A stretch of DNA of 64,000 nt from Thermodesulfovibrionales bacterium (GTDB lineage Bacteria > Nitrospirota > Thermodesulfovibrionia > Thermodesulfovibrionales > UBA6898): NCBI GenBank assembly GCA_044450345.1, contig JBIOIY010000003.1:122646-186645 (forward strand). The letters run 5' to 3'. Under the pieces are notes generated by a model that had not been told where the DNA came from, searched no databases, and saw nothing but the letters and a program-made list of their open reading frames with translations. A program made the translations under genes and the position numbers. The first letter of the stretch is position 1. Each line of letters starts with the position of its first letter. Of the stretch, positions 60,311 to 64,000 are shown one piece after another.

Positions 60311-60618
60311 TTCTTAGGCGCATCACCTGAACCGCCTCAATGTATCCAACCCCTATCACACTACGTTGGAGCCGATCCGACAACGAACCAACTTTCTCCT
60401 TTCCGCCCATATCCACCCTCTCGGCACCTGAATTTACCTCAAAATGCACAGCCCGAATCTGCCTTCATCAGAAAATGGCCCTTTCCTCTTTTCTTTTTTG
60501 GCTTTATGGTTAGTATTACGGAATTGCTGCGCGGCTGACGGCAGGATTGATCTTTACTCCTGCGGAAACTATAATGGTATTATGTTTAAGGCGTAACTGA
60601 AATACAAGGAGGGGTGCG

Positions 60619-61419
60619 ATGAACAGGCTGCTAGTAGGTATCGTTTTGGTTTTATTTTTCGCCGGCATGGCGTCCGCTCAGGGCGGAGTCAAGAAAAAGA
60701 GGCCTTTGCCGTATGAGTTCGGCAGAGTGGTGATCAACAACTCTTCAGAAAAGGCAGGGCTTGCCCCTGTCGTATTCGATCATTGGCTGCATCGGGCGAA
60801 GTATACCTGCAGGCTGTGTCATGTGGACATAGGGTTTGCCATGAAGGCGGGTGCCACTGGCATAAAGGCGGCGGACAACATGAGCGGCTACTACTGCGGT
60901 TCATGTCACAATGGAAAAAAGGGGGCGGCCGACGTTCAGATTTTTGAGGCCTGTACAAAGACGACTGCTCCGGGCGAAAAGACGCGGTGCATGAGGTGTC
61001 ACTCCCTGGGGAAGAATGTGGCACGGAAGTATGATTTTATGGAATTTACGGGAAGTTTTCCGAGAGGGCGCTTTGGGAACGGCATCGACTGGGAAAAGGC
61101 CGAAGCTGAAAAACTTATAAATCCGGTGGATTATCTGGAGGGCGTTTCAATAAAGAGAAGATCAATAGCCGCCCAGAAGGATTTTGCGCTCAATGCAAAA
61201 TTGGAAGGAATGCCCGACATCATATTTTCTCACAAGAAGCACACCCTATGGAATGGCTGTGAGCTATGTCATCCGGAAATTTTTATCGGCGTAAAAAAGG
61301 GAACGACGAAGTATTCCATGATTGAGATATTCGACGGCAAATACTGCGGCGTGTGTCACACCTCAGTCGCTTTCCCGTTGACTGATTGTCAGAGGTGCCA
61401 CGTAAAACAGGTACAGTGA
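60619..61419 (+). CDS. Periplasmic hexaheme c-type cytochrome (c7-like repeats)
   Basis: Signal peptide; 6 CxxCH; VVFDHWLH and GNGIDW. Confidence 0.88.
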   Translation: MNRLLVGIVLVLFFAGMASAQGGVKKKRPLPYEFGRVVINNSSEKAGLAPVVFDHWLHRAKYTCRLCHVDIGFAMKAGATGIKAADNMSGYYCGSCHNGKKGAADVQIFEACTKTTAPGEKTRCMRCHSLGKNVARKYDFMEFTGSFPRGRFGNGIDWEKAEAEKLINPVDYLEGVSIKRRSIAAQKDFALNAKLEGMPDIIFSHKKHTLWNGCELCHPEIFIGVKKGTTKYSMIEIFDGKYCGVCHTSVAFPLTDCQRCHVKQVQ

Positions 61420-61516
61420 AAAGGTGCAAAAGGGTGTAAAAATGGAGATTAGGACCGTCAGAATCGCGCTGCGGCTATGTTTCTATCTGCAGCTTTTGAC
61501 TATGAGGGGGCTATAA

Positions 61517-61846
61517 ATGAAAACGTCTGGAATCCTCTCCGCTTTGCTTGTTAGTATCGTATTTTTATTTCCTGCAATTCAGAATTCAAGAGAGAACGGC
61601 TATAGTGTTTCCGGTGTGGCGAATGCAGAGGCAGACTGGCAGAAAGAGTTCGAGGACATTTGCGGAAAGACCCAGGATGCCATGGTGTATTCTCCGGAGG
61701 AACTGAGGGCTTTTATTGACAGGTGCGACAAGATCAGGCCTCTCATAGAAAAACTGGACGAGACGCGGAGAAAGGTCTATTTAAGGAGACTGCAGATGTG
61801 CAGGGACCTCTTTGCCTTTGCACTTGAATCAAAAGAGAAGAAATAA
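61517..61846 (+). CDS. Exported hypothetical protein
   Basis: Signal-like N-terminus; W..EF..IC..T motif. Confidence 0.65.
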   Translation: MKTSGILSALLVSIVFLFPAIQNSRENGYSVSGVANAEADWQKEFEDICGKTQDAMVYSPEELRAFIDRCDKIRPLIEKLDETRRKVYLRRLQMCRDLFAFALESKEKK

Positions 61847-61869
61847 CCCGCCGGGGTTTTTATCCCTGG

Positions 61870-62658
61870 TTAACTTTTCATTGAGGGGTGGCATTTTTTG
61901 CATTCGTCAAGGGGGAAAGCGATGCGGAGGTGACAAGCACCGCAAAATTCGCCATTCAGGATACGTGACATCGAAAAATGCTTCGTGGTCTTTTTCTTTA
62001 TATTAAAAATGTCCGGGTGACAATTGGCGCAGTCCAGCCACTGCACATGCGCCTTATGTGGAAAAACAGCGGGAGGGATGCCGGACATCTCCGCGGCCAG
62101 AGTAAGGGTCTTGTCCAGGCCCAGGGGTTGAGAATCTCCCGCAAGACTCTGCTTTGGTTTTATTGATCCGTTGTCAAGGGCCTTCACCCAATCGATTCCA
62201 TTGCCGAACTTTGCCCGGGGAAGGCTTTTCTGGAGTGCGAAGAACTTTTCTCTGTTCGGGCTCTGGTCTGCATTGTGGCATCTCTTGCAGTTGTCTCCTT
62301 CATCGTCCTTCGGTGCAAAGGCGATTTTACCGTTATGGCATACGGTGCAGTATCTGTTCTTCGCCTTCCCGTTCTCGCAAATGACTCCCGTTTCATTGGC
62401 CTTCATGGAGAATTCCAGTTCGCCGTGGCATACCCTGCATGTATATTTTGCTCTGTGGACCCAGTGAGAGAATACCACCGGGGTAACAGCACCTGCTTTC
62501 GAGGAGGGCCCTTCCATCAGGACATCACCATACTCCTCGGGGGGTGAAAGCCTGGGGAGTTTTAAATCGCCATGGGAAAATGCCAATTCTTCCAAAAGGC
62601 CAAACCCGGCCGCGAAGATAAGGCCTGCGACAATAATCTTGGATAAGCCCTTTTTCAT
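61870..62658 (-). CDS. Periplasmic hexaheme c-type cytochrome, paralogue of 60619-61419
   Basis: 6 CxxCH; VVFSHWVHRAKYTCRVCH and FGNGIDW. Confidence 0.88.
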   Translation of the reverse strand: MKKGLSKIIVAGLIFAAGFGLLEELAFSHGDLKLPRLSPPEEYGDVLMEGPSSKAGAVTPVVFSHWVHRAKYTCRVCHGELEFSMKANETGVICENGKAKNRYCTVCHNGKIAFAPKDDEGDNCKRCHNADQSPNREKFFALQKSLPRAKFGNGIDWVKALDNGSIKPKQSLAGDSQPLGLDKTLTLAAEMSGIPPAVFPHKAHVQWLDCANCHPDIFNIKKKTTKHFSMSRILNGEFCGACHLRIAFPLDECKKCHPSMKS

Positions 62659-62762
62659 ATATTCGATTACACTACTTTCCGGCCCGCCGAGAAATAAGAC
62701 AACCCCCGAAACAGAACACGAAGGTCATGTACTTGAAACGATATGCTGTTGTAAAAAACACA

Positions 62763-62849
62763 TGGTGCCGAAGGGGGGACTCGAACCCCCACGGCGTTTC
62801 CACCACCAGAACCTGAATCTGGCGCGTCTGCCAGTTCCGCCACTTCGGC
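62763..62849 (-). tRNA. tRNA-Leu (anticodon CAG)
   Basis: GCCGAAG acceptor stem, CCAGA-TTCAGGT-TCTGG anticodon arm, long variable arm, GTTCGAG and encoded CCA. Confidence 0.95.
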
Positions 62850-62916
62850 AATCACTTATATTATCTATGTGAAAATAACTTGTCAATAAAGGTGAGGAGC
62901 CCAGGCGAGTGAGATT

Positions 62917-63693
62917 CTAATTCTTATCTATCTTCTTGATAATGTCTTCAGCCGACATCGCACCAGGAACATTTGAGCCGTCAGGGAAGATGACCGCCGG
63001 TGTGCCGGAAATGCCGAGCTTCTGGCCGAGTTTTATATTGTCGTCGATTGCGGTAGTCTCACACTTGGGATCGGGGATCGGCTTTTTCTCAAAGGCATCG
63101 TCAAGAAGCGCCAGAGACTTCTCACAGAGTATCGCCTTTGATTTACGCGCCGCGTCCTGGTGCATCGGAAGAGGAAACAGCATTATATAAAAAGCGACGT
63201 CTTTTCTTTTCTCCAAGACCTTCTTCATCTCCTGATGAAGTTTTCCGCAGTATGGTCACTCGGGGTCGTCGAAAACGACGATCTTATACTTTGCATCCTT
63301 ACTGCCCATCACGAGTGCGTTATCGAGAGGTATCTGTGAAAAATCGACCTTACTGAGCCGGTCGAAGCTTTCTTTTGTGTAGTTTGTCTTTGTCTTTATG
63401 TCAAAGATGTTGCCCGAGAAAATATTTTTCTTGGAGAAATCGACATACAAAAGGCTTTTCTTCCCGCCCGATTCCAAGTCTACTTCCCATAGACCTTTCA
63501 TAGGACCCGTTTTTATCTCCAGTATCTTGATATCGGGTATCAGTTCCTTCAAGACATCCTTTGCCTGATCGGAGCTGAGCGTATGGCATTTGACGCACTC
63601 CTGATCGGCGCCTTTGGCAAAGGCGTAAGCGTTTTCATACCGCGAAAAAAGTGCCAATGTCAGAGCAGCTAAAATATATATGAATTTACGCAT
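62917..63693 (-). CDS. DsbC-like thiol:disulfide isomerase, probable selenoprotein (UPYC), with N-terminal CxxCH
   Basis: The two track ORFs are in one frame, joined by TGA at 63258-63256: VFDDPE-U-PYCGKLH...GISGTP. Confidence 0.85.
63223..63240 (-). promoter_or_regulatory. Bacterial SECIS-like hairpin
   Basis: CTTCATC-AGGA-GATGAAG perfect 7-bp stem starting 15 nt 3' of the UGA. Confidence 0.75.
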
Positions 63694-64000
63694 GGCGACA
63701 TTATAGCATAAAGCGATTTCGGAAAACACAAGAAAAGATCCGGTCGGACAGATTTTTTTTTGGTCCTCCCTTTTTACTGTGCGCCCGCAGCTGCCTTGAG
63801 AGTTCCGCATGACGAGGAAAATCCCCGGGAAAGTTTGATGGTTCGACTAATATGGCTATTCATCAGCGTCCGACTGTTTTTTGCATAAAGCAATATAACT
63901 CATTGAAAGAATAATATAATAATGACATTTCGACCTGTTACCGACTTGAAATATTTTCAGCCAGTCGGTCATCGTTCCGGGGACACCCGGAAGGAGACGA

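Larger units (their letters stand above)
58601..60529 (+). mobile_element. Intact insertion sequence, 1929 bp, DDE type
   Basis: IRL CAGCTATTCCGCAATA and IRR TATTACGGAATTGCTG (14/16 match); direct repeat CGCGGCTGA at 58592-58600 and 60530-60538. Confidence 0.92.

Noticed and set aside
62667..62855. ORFs overlapping the tRNA
   Set aside because: Spurious translations of tRNA-Leu
62917..63810. DsbC as a pseudogene or two separate genes
   Set aside because: The stop is TGA at the catalytic Cys with a SECIS-like hairpin, and both halves are intact and in frame
63770..63860. Possible GEMM-like riboswitch on the minus strand upstream of dsbC
   Set aside because: Only fragments resemble the motif and the core GxAAAGC is missing

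Overview
This is a 64-kb bacterial chromosomal window; the gene content and split atpBE resemble Nitrospirota or deltaproteobacteria-like anaerobes (inference). The right part (25-58 kb) is mostly housekeeping: pstSCAB-phoU, trpBA, accD-folC-lptD, ribF, atpBE, PBP1A, fur-feoB, argG and dprA-topA. It is followed by an intact IS (58601-60529, 9-bp target duplication), two hexaheme cytochromes, tRNA-Leu(CAG) and a DsbC-like gene with an in-frame UGA at the first active-site Cys plus a SECIS-like hairpin (probable selenoprotein). The left part (0.7-25 kb) is an accessory island linked by a recurrent promoter design: four (T/G)TAA(C/T)-like repeats on an 11-bp lattice, then a -10 box. The same design precedes pstS, so this is probably a Pho regulon. 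The best candidate for an undescribed system is at 5.1-12.3 kb. It has ferrosome-like accessory genes (a GxxxG/DUF5132-like protein and HMA2-like proteins), a 22-residue amphipathic-repeat protein, a SERCA-type (P2A) ATPase with an N-terminal HMA2-like domain, and a translationally coupled MetK paralogue that keeps its triphosphate ligands but has lost its methionine ligands. I hypothesise a Ca/Mg-(poly)phosphate storage compartment. All family assignments come from motif recognition by eye; no database searches were run.
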